From NCBI GenBank assembly GCA_026397315.1, contig JAPLVC010000001.1:32001-96000 (forward strand): a stretch of 64,000 nucleotides of DNA, in the 5' to 3' direction. A model generated the notes under the pieces. It did no database searches. It saw only the letters and a list, made by a program, of their open reading frames with translations, and was not told where the DNA came from. A program made the position numbers and the translations under genes. Of the stretch, positions 20,455-29,741 are shown piece after piece. How positions within the stretch are numbered: the first letter of the stretch is position 1; each line of letters begins with the position of its first letter. The DNA is from Candidatus Aenigmatarchaeota archaeon. GTDB taxonomy: Archaea; Aenigmatarchaeota; Aenigmatarchaeia; QMZP01; QMZT01.

Positions 20455-20862
20455 TCAAGCCGCATGATACAAGTTGAACGTGCCCCTCGTGTTGCGTCCC
20501 TGGGACGTGAGGCTCACGCTCAGCCAGAGCGGCGCTGGCGGCGACGTCGCGAGCCAGCGCGTGCAGTTGAGGTTGTAGTTAATTTCGATGGAGTACTCCC
20601 TGCCGTGCTCCTCAAGGAACGATGTCTTAATGTCTTCCATACGCATGCCGAAGCTGTCCTTGGTCTCGTTGCAGTAATACGTCTCCGCAATCGTCCTGTT
20701 GACCACGCCGACTATGTTGCCGAAAAGTTCGGCGTCCTTGTTAGCGAAGGGCTTCGACATCTCTATGGTCGAATACTGGAAAAGCGATTGCTGGACTATG
20801 AAAATCATGCCTATCAGGAAAACGATGGATACCAAAAAAAGCTGGCCCTTTCTCGCGCTCAT
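20455..20862 (-). CDS. Type IV pilin-like protein (class III signal peptide)
   Basis: N-terminus 'MSARKG|QLFLVSIVFLIGMIFIV': basic, KG|Q cleavage site, hydrophobic helix. Confidence 0.7.
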   Translation of the reverse strand: MSARKGQLFLVSIVFLIGMIFIVQQSLFQYSTIEMSKPFANKDAELFGNIVGVVNRTIAETYYCNETKDSFGMRMEDIKTSFLEEHGREYSIEINYNLNCTRWLATSPPAPLWLSVSLTSQGRNTRGTFNLYHAA

Positions 20863-21003
20863 GAAAATACTTTGAAAGGATTAAATAAAAAGCAAGAGGC
20901 AGGCTAATTGAAGGAGGGGTGAGTCTCAATCGTCATAGCCTACTCTCTTTTGATTCTGAATACTGGACTCTGGCGTATCGCAACCGCCTTTACGCGAGCG
21001 CCT

Positions 21004-22167
21004 TTATGCTAGCAGCGGTATGCCCAGTTCCCTGTGGACAAGCGCGTGCACGTCCGGAATGTCTTTCATGTGGGAATGCGCGTCCAGCTTGCCCAGGATG
21101 TAAGGCGACTTGACTCCAGTGACGATTGTTATGACCTTTATCTTGTTCTTGAACGAGGGATCGATTCTCGCGCCCCAGATGACCTGAGCATCAGGATCCA
21201 GCTGTTTCGAAACGTATTCTCCTATCCTGCTCACTTCGTCGAGCCTCATGTCAGGTCCGCCGGTTATGTGGATTAACGCCCCGCTTCCGCCGTGGTAATC
21301 GACGTCTAACAACGGGTTGGACATGGCCCTTATGATGCATTCCTCGGCGCGCTCGTTCGAGCAGGCCTCGCCGAACCCTACGGTAGCTACGCCTCCCGAG
21401 TGCATTATAGCCTTCACGTCTGCGTAGTCCAGATTCACCAGCGACGGGGTCGATATCGTCTCGGTTATGCCCTTTATCATGCTGGCCACCAGGTCATCCG
21501 CCACTGAAAACGCTTGCTTCAGCGGCAGGTTGCCCGCTATCTTGAGCAGGCGGTCGTTCTCTATGGCTATGACCGTGTCGCAATACTGGCGCAGGTCGAA
21601 AAGGCCGTCTTCCGCCTTCCCCATGCGCGCGCCCTCGACCTTGAAAGGCATGGTCACGTTCGCTATAACAATAGCTCCGGCTTCCTTGGCTATCCTCGCC
21701 ACTACAGGTGCGGCTCCCGTTCCCGTTCCGCCGCCCATGCCGGCCACCAAAAACAACATGTCTATGCCTTCAAGCATCTTCTTGAGCTCGCGCTCGCTCT
21801 CTTCAGCGGCCTTCTTGCCCGTTGCCGGGTAACCGCCCGCACCAAGCCCACGAGTGACGTCTTTGCCTATGAGGAACTTCTCGTGTGCCCTCGAAGCCGT
21901 CAGATGCCTCGCGTCCGTGTTTACCGCTACCGTCTTCGCTCCAGTTATGCCTATGTCCGTCAATCTGCTTATCGTATTGCTGCCGCCGCCTCCGATGCCC
22001 ATGACCATTATCTTGGCTCCCATGAGCTCGAAGCCCAGCTCGTCTTTCACCCTTTGCTCATAGGAGGTGTCGGCCACGCCCTGGCCCGGTATCTTTACGG
22101 CTGCCTGGACTGGCGCCACGCTAGCGAGCGCGTCCGCTCCTACCTCCACATTCACTATCTCTCCCAT
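21004..22167 (-). CDS. ftsZ: Cell division protein FtsZ (FtsZ2-type paralog)
   Basis: 'GIGGGGSN', 'GMGGGTGTG', T7 loop 'NLDYAD'; RBS GGGGTGAGG. Confidence 0.97.
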   Translation of the reverse strand: MGEIVNVEVGADALASVAPVQAAVKIPGQGVADTSYEQRVKDELGFELMGAKIMVMGIGGGGSNTISRLTDIGITGAKTVAVNTDARHLTASRAHEKFLIGKDVTRGLGAGGYPATGKKAAEESERELKKMLEGIDMLFLVAGMGGGTGTGAAPVVARIAKEAGAIVIANVTMPFKVEGARMGKAEDGLFDLRQYCDTVIAIENDRLLKIAGNLPLKQAFSVADDLVASMIKGITETISTPSLVNLDYADVKAIMHSGGVATVGFGEACSNERAEECIIRAMSNPLLDVDYHGGSGALIHITGGPDMRLDEVSRIGEYVSKQLDPDAQVIWGARIDPSFKNKIKVITIVTGVKSPYILGKLDAHSHMKDIPDVHALVHRELGIPLLA

Positions 22168-22650
22168 ATGCCTCACCCCTTAATTCAAAGCATCCCGCCG
22201 CGAGACAACGATGCATTCACTGCATCATATATTTCCGGTTTGTTGTTTTCGAGCAGCGAAATGTATTTAAGTTCTTTTCTCAATTATTCTCAGAAAACTA
22301 GCTTATACTCAAGGGTGACACAAAAGAACCAGATTCAACGAATCCTCTTCGTCGCCAAACGAATTGGATCCGCATCGAGGCAACTTCGCCAAAAGTTGCC
22401 TGTTAATCCCCTATTTCTGATGTCGTTTCTAACAGTTTGAATAATTTACAGTAAATAGTTCCTTTTTTGCTATATAAGCTTTTCCCGCCCGTTTTGGACG
22501 AAAGGGGGATTTTTAGGCCCTTTTTACCGCCTTCCGGGAGGCTTTCTCTCATTAAGAATAGAGGCGACGTATATCGAATTTCGCCATAAGTAAGCTTTAT
22601 AAGTCTTCGAATTAATTACTTAGCAGAGATAACACATATGGAGGGTAAAT

Positions 22651-23163
22651 GTGATATCTCGGATTTATACAAAAACACAAAACAAAACAGACGAAAAGAA
22701 AAGGGTGCTTGAGATGAAAAAGAATCCGTTCAAAAACTACACGGGAAAAGAAGGCGGACTTGGCCAGACGGAGTCGCAGTTCAAGGAGTACCTTAGACTG
22801 GGTCTTAGTGGTCTGGGCACGGCTTACGATTTGTTAGTCAACGGTACGAATTTTGCAAAACCCAAGCGTGAAGTTTACGGCAAAACCGTGATAGACGGCG
22901 AGCCGGTCACACTTGCGGACAGCGACTACATAGGCTGGGTCCTGGACACGAACGGCGGCAGGAGTGACAAAGTCAACCTTGGTGCTTGCGTTTCCGACAC
23001 GGGCGAGATTTTCGTGAACCCTGATTCCATAAGATGGGGTTATCATCCTCTTGAAATATTCGGCCACGAACTTGCTCACAAAAATGGTATTCTTGATGAG
23101 GGGCAGGCTGACGCGGCAGGGGCAATATTTTACAAGGGCAAAGTGAGCAAGCTTAGTAACTAA
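22651..23163 (+). CDS. Hypothetical small zincin-like metalloprotease
   Basis: 'IFVNP...FGHELAH...DEGQAD' (HEXXH plus downstream E); alternative start at 22714. Confidence 0.55.
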   Translation: MISRIYTKTQNKTDEKKRVLEMKKNPFKNYTGKEGGLGQTESQFKEYLRLGLSGLGTAYDLLVNGTNFAKPKREVYGKTVIDGEPVTLADSDYIGWVLDTNGGRSDKVNLGACVSDTGEIFVNPDSIRWGYHPLEIFGHELAHKNGILDEGQADAAGAIFYKGKVSKLSN

Positions 23164-23176
23164 TCTGGTGAAATAA

Positions 23177-24217
23177 ATGGCAGGAAAAGCGTCTCTGGGA
23201 AGAATGACAAATGGTCTTTATCCAGATGAAGCTGCGCTTGCGCAAGTTCTCAAATCGGCCGCGCACGGCAACGGAGGTAATAATGCAGCAACTGAACCCC
23301 CAAAAGACTCTTTTGATGCTATCGACGAAAGATTCGGGGCAATGTTCTGGGAATTACCAAAAGCGGCTATTATTGAGAAAATTTTTGGTCAACTCCCCAT
23401 ACCTAAAAGTGAAGGTTTGTTAGCTACATTTTACACAAACATTGTTAATGGTATAAAAAACAGATATAACACACAGAAGCACATCAAAGGTCAAATAGCT
23501 TTTGAAAATCCCTTTAAAATACCGTTTTTAAGACAATTTCCATTCCAGAATGGATGGTCGGCTTATAAATTTTCACAAGGCTGCACCACAATCAATGAAA
23601 TTTATACAGTAGTTGACAGTCAAGGCGCAGAAACTATATTTTATATTGGTTTAAAAGGCGGAAAAACACCTGGCAATGCAGAAATAGAAAATGCTGCCAG
23701 AGATTTGATGGCAAAGGATACAAAAGAGATAGCTATGCTTTCACAAAACATGTTACAAACAGTATTACAACGCGCGGAAAACGGTGAATTTACCTACGGA
23801 GGGTGTTATGACGAATTAACAGACAGAGAACTTGGCGTACTGAAAGGTAAATACGCCGATCCGTCAAGAATAAAACCAATTTTCATGCAGAATGAAATTT
23901 CACTTTACATGAGCGGTCCTAAACAAGTTGTTTCGAACAAACAAGGCGTTAAAATCATAAAATACTCGGATCCTGGGTCAATCAAAAAATTAGCATATTA
24001 CACATTAGCTAGCAACATTTTTACTCTGATGGACATAGTTTACGAACCTGCAGAAAAAATGCTTAGCGGAAGCGGCTTTGAACTCCAGAGAATGAGGGCT
24101 TACGATAAGGAAATAAAGGGTACGTTTAATGTAGCTAATTCGGCTTTCAATGTACAAAACAGGTTTGGTTACGTAAATAACAATAACGGACAAGGTGGCA
24201 GCCATGGCGGCCATTAA
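23177..24217 (+). CDS. Hypothetical soluble protein (AT-rich gene)
   Basis: 346-aa ORF with RBS GGTGA; no motif recognised; Gly/His tail. Confidence 0.6.
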   Translation: MAGKASLGRMTNGLYPDEAALAQVLKSAAHGNGGNNAATEPPKDSFDAIDERFGAMFWELPKAAIIEKIFGQLPIPKSEGLLATFYTNIVNGIKNRYNTQKHIKGQIAFENPFKIPFLRQFPFQNGWSAYKFSQGCTTINEIYTVVDSQGAETIFYIGLKGGKTPGNAEIENAARDLMAKDTKEIAMLSQNMLQTVLQRAENGEFTYGGCYDELTDRELGVLKGKYADPSRIKPIFMQNEISLYMSGPKQVVSNKQGVKIIKYSDPGSIKKLAYYTLASNIFTLMDIVYEPAEKMLSGSGFELQRMRAYDKEIKGTFNVANSAFNVQNRFGYVNNNNGQGGSHGGH

Positions 24218-24265
24218 CTGTCTCGAATGCCGTCTTATTTAAATTTGGCCGCTCAATAGATTAAC

Positions 24266-24940
24266 ATGGCAGTCGACATATTCGAGATGCTGATTGACAT
24301 ACTCAAGATAAACCAGAACCAGGTCGCTGAATACGCGGCGCAGGGGCCGCTTTACCAGCTTTTCTACCTGATTTTCTTCCCCACGATTTTCATCGTCATT
24401 TTTGTATGGATATTAACACACGCGATAATAGGCAGGGAAGGCCAGCATAAGGCCATGAGACTACTGCTAGCGATTGCTGTTTATGCTTTCATAGTGTTGC
24501 AGGGCTTATACAACTGGTTCGTCATGCTCAGCAAGTTCTGGCTTTTCGGCCTGATGTTCCTGGGCTTCATCTACTTCATCACGTATCGCGGCGGCCGCGG
24601 AGGCGGCGGAGGTGGGGCGCACGGCAAGACGATTGGAGGAGTAGGAAGCGGCGGAGGGGTTGTAGGCTATATCGAAGGTATCACCGGAAAGAAGCTGAAC
24701 CCGCTGAAGTCCGTCGAATACGGCCAGAAAATAAAAAGGGACATAGTCATATTAGAAAATAACAAGCGAGCGCTCCAGAGAGAGGCAGACAAGCTAAAGA
24801 AAGACCCGAAAGCGGCAGAACAGATATTCGATCAGATAGCGCACGTGGATGTGGCCTTAACAACACTGCAGAGTTTCCTGCAGACCGGCGATTTCGCCGA
24901 TTATGAGAAATGGAGAAACGGCAGCCGATTGTTCAAGTGA
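24266..24940 (+). CDS. Membrane protein (three TMs, Gly linker, coiled coil); distant paralog of 24945 and 26218
   Basis: 'IFFPTIFIVIFVW', 'LLLAIAVYAF', poly-Gly, helical C-terminus. Confidence 0.65.
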   Translation: MAVDIFEMLIDILKINQNQVAEYAAQGPLYQLFYLIFFPTIFIVIFVWILTHAIIGREGQHKAMRLLLAIAVYAFIVLQGLYNWFVMLSKFWLFGLMFLGFIYFITYRGGRGGGGGGAHGKTIGGVGSGGGVVGYIEGITGKKLNPLKSVEYGQKIKRDIVILENNKRALQREADKLKKDPKAAEQIFDQIAHVDVALTTLQSFLQTGDFADYEKWRNGSRLFK

Positions 24941-24944
24941 TATC

Positions 24945-25436
24945 ATGGCGGACATATTCAGTTCTTTTGGAGGCGGCATGTTCTCGATGGAGATACTGCT
25001 GCCCTTCTTCCTCGTGCTGGCAATTGTCTATGGCGCGCTCGAGGTCTCGAAAGTCTTTTCCAACAAGGGCGTCAAGGCGATAATAGCGGTCGTCTTCGCC
25101 TTCTTCGCGATAATGAACTCGCAGGTTGTCACGTTCATAAACTCGATCCTGCCCTACGCCGCGATGATATTTGTCGTGATATTCATAGCGTGGATACTGC
25201 TAAAGCCTTTGAGGGGCGAAAATAAAGACGGCAAGAAAAAAGATCCTGTCCTGATAATAGTCATCCTCGTTCTGGTTATGGTCCTGCTGGCAAGGATGCA
25301 GGCTACCGATTATCTGCCGGAAAACAGCATATTGTCGAACACGAATCTCATATGGGTAGTGGGCATCCTGGTGATAGGCGTTATTCTCTGGAAAATATAC
25401 AAAATGTCTCAAAACGAAGGCGGCGGGCATCCCTGA
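24945..25436 (+). CDS. Polytopic membrane protein, 'LPFxLxxAIVYG' family
   Basis: 'ILLPFFLVLAIVYGALE...KAIIAVVFAFF'; start reassigned to ATG 24945. Confidence 0.75.
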   Translation: MADIFSSFGGGMFSMEILLPFFLVLAIVYGALEVSKVFSNKGVKAIIAVVFAFFAIMNSQVVTFINSILPYAAMIFVVIFIAWILLKPLRGENKDGKKKDPVLIIVILVLVMVLLARMQATDYLPENSILSNTNLIWVVGILVIGVILWKIYKMSQNEGGGHP

Positions 25437-25475
25437 CAATTATTGGAATACAATGCTCATTGATAAAATAAAGCG

Positions 25476-26006
25476 TCAAGCTGCCAGAGGCATTTCCGAC
25501 CCTTGCGCGGATGCCGCCTCTCCTTTGATTTTAGCTATCATTTCGTCGCCAAGAAAGTAATCTTTCAGTATTTTGCAGCCTTTCGTGAAAATACTACTGG
25601 GTACACCGCCTTTGATAGCATAAATTTTGACAATATCCTGCGTTATCTGAGGATCAATAAGACTATAAAATTGGGCTGAACTGTTGATTATTGTTCCGTA
25701 TGTTTTCTGAAGTTCCCTATTGACGCCTTCCACGTCTTTTATCTTGCCGGATTTCGCTTGCTCAACTAACTGGTCTATATAGCCGAGTGACTGCCCCATC
25801 TGGCCGGATAGTTTTGAAAGAGCTGATTTGTAACTATCATTATATTTTTTTATCTTACCGAAGTCAGCGTTTTCTCCTGCAACTACGGATAATCTGTCCA
25901 TGTGAAGGTCCAGCTCGTAAAAAAGTTCTTTCTCGTATTCCTGCAGAGCGCCCATCCCTTCATGCATTGCACTAATAGTTTTGGCACCATCAACCTGTTT
26001 TGTCAT
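25476..26006 (-). CDS. Hypothetical helical protein (AT-rich gene)
   Basis: Helical ORF with RBS-like GGTGTGA; own TATA-like region upstream. Confidence 0.55.
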   Translation of the reverse strand: MTKQVDGAKTISAMHEGMGALQEYEKELFYELDLHMDRLSVVAGENADFGKIKKYNDSYKSALSKLSGQMGQSLGYIDQLVEQAKSGKIKDVEGVNRELQKTYGTIINSSAQFYSLIDPQITQDIVKIYAIKGGVPSSIFTKGCKILKDYFLGDEMIAKIKGEAASAQGSEMPLAA

Positions 26007-26217
26007 AATCACACCATCAATCACGAAGCTCGGAAAAGTTAAACATTCTGTTGTTACTTATTAGTAGTTTTTATTACTTATAAAGCTTTTTGAGGCTATC
26101 ATTTAGCACTGGAACGGCGTGGGAGCGGGCCCGGACGGCATGGCAAAGGCCGGTGATAAAAAGCGATATCTGCCGTTGAAGATAATACTTATAAAGGTTG
26201 TATTCTAATACTTTAAC

Positions 26218-26766
26218 ATGGCAGGAATATTCGACCAACTGGTCCAAAACATGTCGAGAATGGGTTTCTTCCAGTTCTTATTTCCGTTCCTGCTCGCTTT
26301 GGCGATAGTCTACGGACTCCTGACATGGGCACTTGAAAAACAGATACCCAAGTCTGCTAGGGCGTTGGTTTCACTGATAGCGGCATTCTTCGTGATGCTG
26401 TACTCCAGCTGGAACGTCATGGTTGTGCAGTTCTTTGCCAACCTTTTCGGTCCATTCTTGGCGGTGGCCACGGGCATACTAGTGATAGTAATGCTGTTCG
26501 CTCTGGTCGGCTTCAAGGTTGAAACGCTCACCCAGGGGAAGTACAGCAAATGGGTACTAGTCTTGCTGATGGTATTCATTGGCATCGTGCTTTTCTTCGG
26601 AGCAGGCGCATCATACCTTATAGACGTGCCAGGATTTGCCATGAACTCTGACTTCTTTACAGTGATATTCTTCATCATAATACTCGCTGTAGTGATGTTC
26701 TGGCTATCGAAAGAAGGCGAGGGTGGCGGAAGCGCAGCGACGCCTACGACTGGAGGAAAGTCGTAA
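26218..26766 (+). CDS. Polytopic membrane protein, 'LPFxLxxAIVYG' family paralog
   Basis: 'FLFPFLLALAIVYGLL...RALVSLIAAFF'. Confidence 0.75.
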   Translation: MAGIFDQLVQNMSRMGFFQFLFPFLLALAIVYGLLTWALEKQIPKSARALVSLIAAFFVMLYSSWNVMVVQFFANLFGPFLAVATGILVIVMLFALVGFKVETLTQGKYSKWVLVLLMVFIGIVLFFGAGASYLIDVPGFAMNSDFFTVIFFIIILAVVMFWLSKEGEGGGSAATPTTGGKS

Positions 26767-26851
26767 AGTTTTTTCTTTTTTGCTTTTGCTTTATTTTGCA
26801 TGCTCAGCGGCAGCAATATTTATTGCGGCCCGCCAAGACATTCATGAGAAC

Positions 26852-27190
26852 ATGAACAGGAAAAAGCCCGAGGCCTGGACCAAGCTCGCCAGAGAGCGCA
26901 TGCAGATATTGCTAGCGCTGGCTGAGGTCGAGGCTGGAGCGCATCCTAAACGCTCGAAGCGATACATAGAGCTTGCGAAAAAGATAGGCATGCGCTACAA
27001 CGTGCGGCTGAAAGCTACGAAGCGTTTCTGCCGCAAATGTTCATCGCCGCTGGTTCCGGGCGTGACATGCAGGATCCGCTCGAGAAAGGACAGGCAAGCC
27101 ATGGTAACGACATGCCTCAAATGCGGCGCTATATCGCGACACCCTTATATACGCGAGAAGAAAATTATTAAGCAAAGGAGAACTGCATGA
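26852..27190 (+). CDS. rnp4: Ribonuclease P protein component 4 (Rpp21)
   Basis: 'LARERMQIL', 'RYIELAKKIGMRYNVRL', CxxC...CxxC zinc ribbon. Confidence 0.92.
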   Translation: MNRKKPEAWTKLARERMQILLALAEVEAGAHPKRSKRYIELAKKIGMRYNVRLKATKRFCRKCSSPLVPGVTCRIRSRKDRQAMVTTCLKCGAISRHPYIREKKIIKQRRTA

Positions 27191-27450
27191 AACTCGTCAT
27201 TTTCCTCAGCACGCTCGTCATTTTCATCTCGTGCTTTTTCATATTCTTCACTTTCGACTCCATGATAAAGACGAAGATGGTCTGCGACTACAAGGAAACG
27301 TTCAAGTGCAACGTCGTCGAGCTCAACTCGACCATCATATTCGGCATCCTGATAGTGGGCATGTTCCTTTTCGTGGACTGCATCGTGATGTACATAATGG
27401 TAAAGACATGGGTGCCGAACCTGTTCATGTACAGCTTTAGCCGAAGATAA
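27187..27450 (+). CDS. Small two-TM membrane protein
   Basis: Two TM helices; ATGA overlap with rnp4. Confidence 0.6.
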   Translation: MKLVIFLSTLVIFISCFFIFFTFDSMIKTKMVCDYKETFKCNVVELNSTIIFGILIVGMFLFVDCIVMYIMVKTWVPNLFMYSFSRR

Positions 27451-27454
27451 CGCC

Positions 27455-28126
27455 TTATTCTACGCCCAGCAGCTTCCTGAACAACAGCGACGCTCCCATC
27501 AGGAAAATCAGTATATACCACGCCAGCCAGTTCAGGTAAGTCCATCCGACCAGCGGTACAGTGAACGGCAGCTTTACGGCGGTCTCCATCTTCGTCGAAT
27601 TGAGGTCGAGCGGGTTCACATCCCAGACGACGCTGCCGAACCTCACGAGCTCGCCCTTCGCATACGTCTTGTCGTCCGAGAAATCCCCGTTGTCGTTGGC
27701 GTCTATCGTCACCTTGTATTCCAGATCGCTTATCTTATCCGTCCTTATGGTGTGGTTAAAGTCCGCGAAAACGAAATGGCCCGTCGCCGAATTTTCGCTA
27801 GCGGACGCAGTCTGGACGATCACGCTGCCGTACGTCTGGCTCAGGAAGCCGAACGCCAGCAGGACTATGCCAAGGCTTATGAACATGGGCAGCATGTTCA
27901 TGCGCATCTGCTTCTGGCTCAGCTTCATCATCTCGCTGACGTATTCATTCGCTTTTTTGACGTCCTTTTCCTTCTGCGCTTCCTTGGACTTCTCCCTGTA
28001 GAACTTCATGTCTTCTTTTATCTTGCGCATCTCTGCCGGTTTGTTGAAGATTCGATAGACTAAGCTGGATACGAATGAGAGCAAGAGCGTCCACAGGAGG
28101 ATATCCTGGTAAGGAAGGAATATCAT
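27455..28126 (-). CDS. EMC3/TMCO1 (DUF106, Oxa1-superfamily) membrane insertase-like protein
   Basis: TM, coiled coil, 'PMFIS' TM, C-terminal 'WLAWYIL...RKLLG'; adjacent to adk-like gene as is usual in archaea. Confidence 0.85.
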   Translation of the reverse strand: MIFLPYQDILLWTLLLSFVSSLVYRIFNKPAEMRKIKEDMKFYREKSKEAQKEKDVKKANEYVSEMMKLSQKQMRMNMLPMFISLGIVLLAFGFLSQTYGSVIVQTASASENSATGHFVFADFNHTIRTDKISDLEYKVTIDANDNGDFSDDKTYAKGELVRFGSVVWDVNPLDLNSTKMETAVKLPFTVPLVGWTYLNWLAWYILIFLMGASLLFRKLLGVE

Positions 28127-28135
28127 AAAAACCGC

Positions 28136-28654
28136 CTACTGTTTGAGCATCTCCCCGAGCTCTTTCATCGAGTCCATCATCTTCTTCTCGTGGAACTTTA
28201 TTATCTTGAGCGCGGAGCCGGAAGCGGAAGAATAGATCGAAGCGTAATAGCGGTTTATGCGCTGGTGCTCGTTCGTCTTGTCGTCGCCTGGCGTGTCTCC
28301 CGCTTTTTCAAAAACGACTATAGAGTCCGGTCTGAACGAGCGGAAAAATTCATCAGGTATGGCCCTCACGTAGCCGTATCTGGTGAGGAACGTGAGATAA
28401 CCGCTGACTATTATGTTGCCTTTCTGATCCTTCAGTTTGGTGATCATTATCTTCTGCAACTTGTCGTAGAACTTGGCGGCGACCTTCCTGATCGCGTCTA
28501 TGTCCGGGATTTCCCCGATCTCCTCGGCCAAGTTCTCTATCTTGTCGAAGTCGACGACCGTGAAATCGTTCTTTCTCCCCGCGTGCTGGAGCGCCAAGTC
28601 TACGAGAGTCGCCTTGTCTATGCCGTAAACGCCTGAGATGAAAATCAGCTTCAT
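28136..28654 (-). CDS. Archaeal adenylate kinase (AdkA)-like protein with degenerate P-loop
   Basis: 'LIFISGVYGIDKAT', 'T..GY...IP', 'PDSIVV', 'EHQRINRYY...Y'; synteny with DUF106. Confidence 0.7.
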   Translation of the reverse strand: MKLIFISGVYGIDKATLVDLALQHAGRKNDFTVVDFDKIENLAEEIGEIPDIDAIRKVAAKFYDKLQKIMITKLKDQKGNIIVSGYLTFLTRYGYVRAIPDEFFRSFRPDSIVVFEKAGDTPGDDKTNEHQRINRYYASIYSSASGSALKIIKFHEKKMMDSMKELGEMLKQ

Positions 28655-28683
28655 AACACACCCTCCCGGATTGTATATTATTG

Positions 28684-29724
28684 CTATTGCTCTTTTAAAA
28701 TAGTTTTCAGCTTGGATATCAGGCTGTCGTCGCCCGGGTCCTTGCCGCGCAGCATGCCCAGGTATATGCTCACGAAGTCGAGCACGTACATGGTCGACAG
28801 CGCGCGAGAAAGCTCGTACGGGTAGACGGACCAGACCTCTATGACCGAGCGCGCCGACCTCTTTAGTAGTTCCTTGGTGAAGTTTATCCTCCTGCGCATG
28901 CGCTCATTCTCGCTGTTGTCGCGTATGATTATGACTGAAAAATTTCTCGAAAGCGCCGTGTCCTCCCACCCGAGGATCGAGTTGTGGTTGAGCTCGGGAT
29001 ACGTCTCGCACATGGCCACGACCTTCGAGTTCTCGTTGAACTGCGTTCTAGCGCGGTAGACGACGGGCTCGTATATGCCGAAACCATGGATGACAGGAAC
29101 CGAGTTGATCAGCTTGTAGGCGATGCGCTTCGCTGGATTGTCCTTCATGAGCTTCGATGACTTTATTTCGTCCCTCGTTTCCTTGAGATTCTTGATGACG
29201 AGGTCAAGGTTCTGCTTCTCCAGAAACTTCGCTTTTTCCAGAATCGCTATGATGGGGAAAAGCATGTGGCCTATCGCGAAGCGCGGCTTGAGCCCCTTCG
29301 GGACGCGCATGCACGCCAGGCCGCGCCTGCAGCACTCGCGTTCGAGCTCGCCTCCCGAGGTTATGGCGAATATCTCACACTTCCTTTTGACGGCTTCTCT
29401 GAAGGCGGAAAGCGTCTCTTCAGTATCGCCGGAATAGCTGACGAAGAAAACCATGTCGCCGTTCTTCACGTATGCGGGCAGGCCATACCCTTTGAGAACG
29501 CGTATTTCATTGTTGGGGAAAACGCCCGCGAGCATGTCGCCCACTATACCCGAGCCGCCCATGCCGCACACGAAGACGCGCTCAGGCTTCTTCAGCTTAA
29601 GGTCTCCCGCGAATTTCTTCCCTGACGCAATCGCCTCCTCGCACTGCTCGGGGAATTTCTCGAGAGAAGCGACCACTTTGGAAAGGTCAAGCTTTTCCAT
29701 TTCCTTCTGGTCGTCAAGAATCAT
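28684..29724 (-). CDS. Bifunctional phosphoglucose/phosphomannose isomerase
   Basis: 'GMGGSGI.G', 'SYSGDTEET', 'QFNENSK', 'PELNHN'. Confidence 0.93.
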   Translation of the reverse strand: MILDDQKEMEKLDLSKVVASLEKFPEQCEEAIASGKKFAGDLKLKKPERVFVCGMGGSGIVGDMLAGVFPNNEIRVLKGYGLPAYVKNGDMVFFVSYSGDTEETLSAFREAVKRKCEIFAITSGGELERECCRRGLACMRVPKGLKPRFAIGHMLFPIIAILEKAKFLEKQNLDLVIKNLKETRDEIKSSKLMKDNPAKRIAYKLINSVPVIHGFGIYEPVVYRARTQFNENSKVVAMCETYPELNHNSILGWEDTALSRNFSVIIIRDNSENERMRRRINFTKELLKRSARSVIEVWSVYPYELSRALSTMYVLDFVSIYLGMLRGKDPGDDSLISKLKTILKEQ

Positions 29725-29741
29725 GTTTTCCTCAAATCCAA

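Noticed and set aside
22180-22440. cdrS-like ribbon-helix-helix gene upstream of ftsZ2
   Set aside because: Only a ~30-codon TTG ORF without an RHH pattern was found on the minus strand.
25476-25495. C-terminal LAA as an SsrA-like degradation tag
   Set aside because: Archaea lack tmRNA/ClpXP tagging; likely coincidence.
26105-26180. GC-rich intergenic patch as a ncRNA (AACGGC/GCCGTT pairing)
   Set aside because: No recognisable SRP, RNase P or C/D-box features; pairing too limited.
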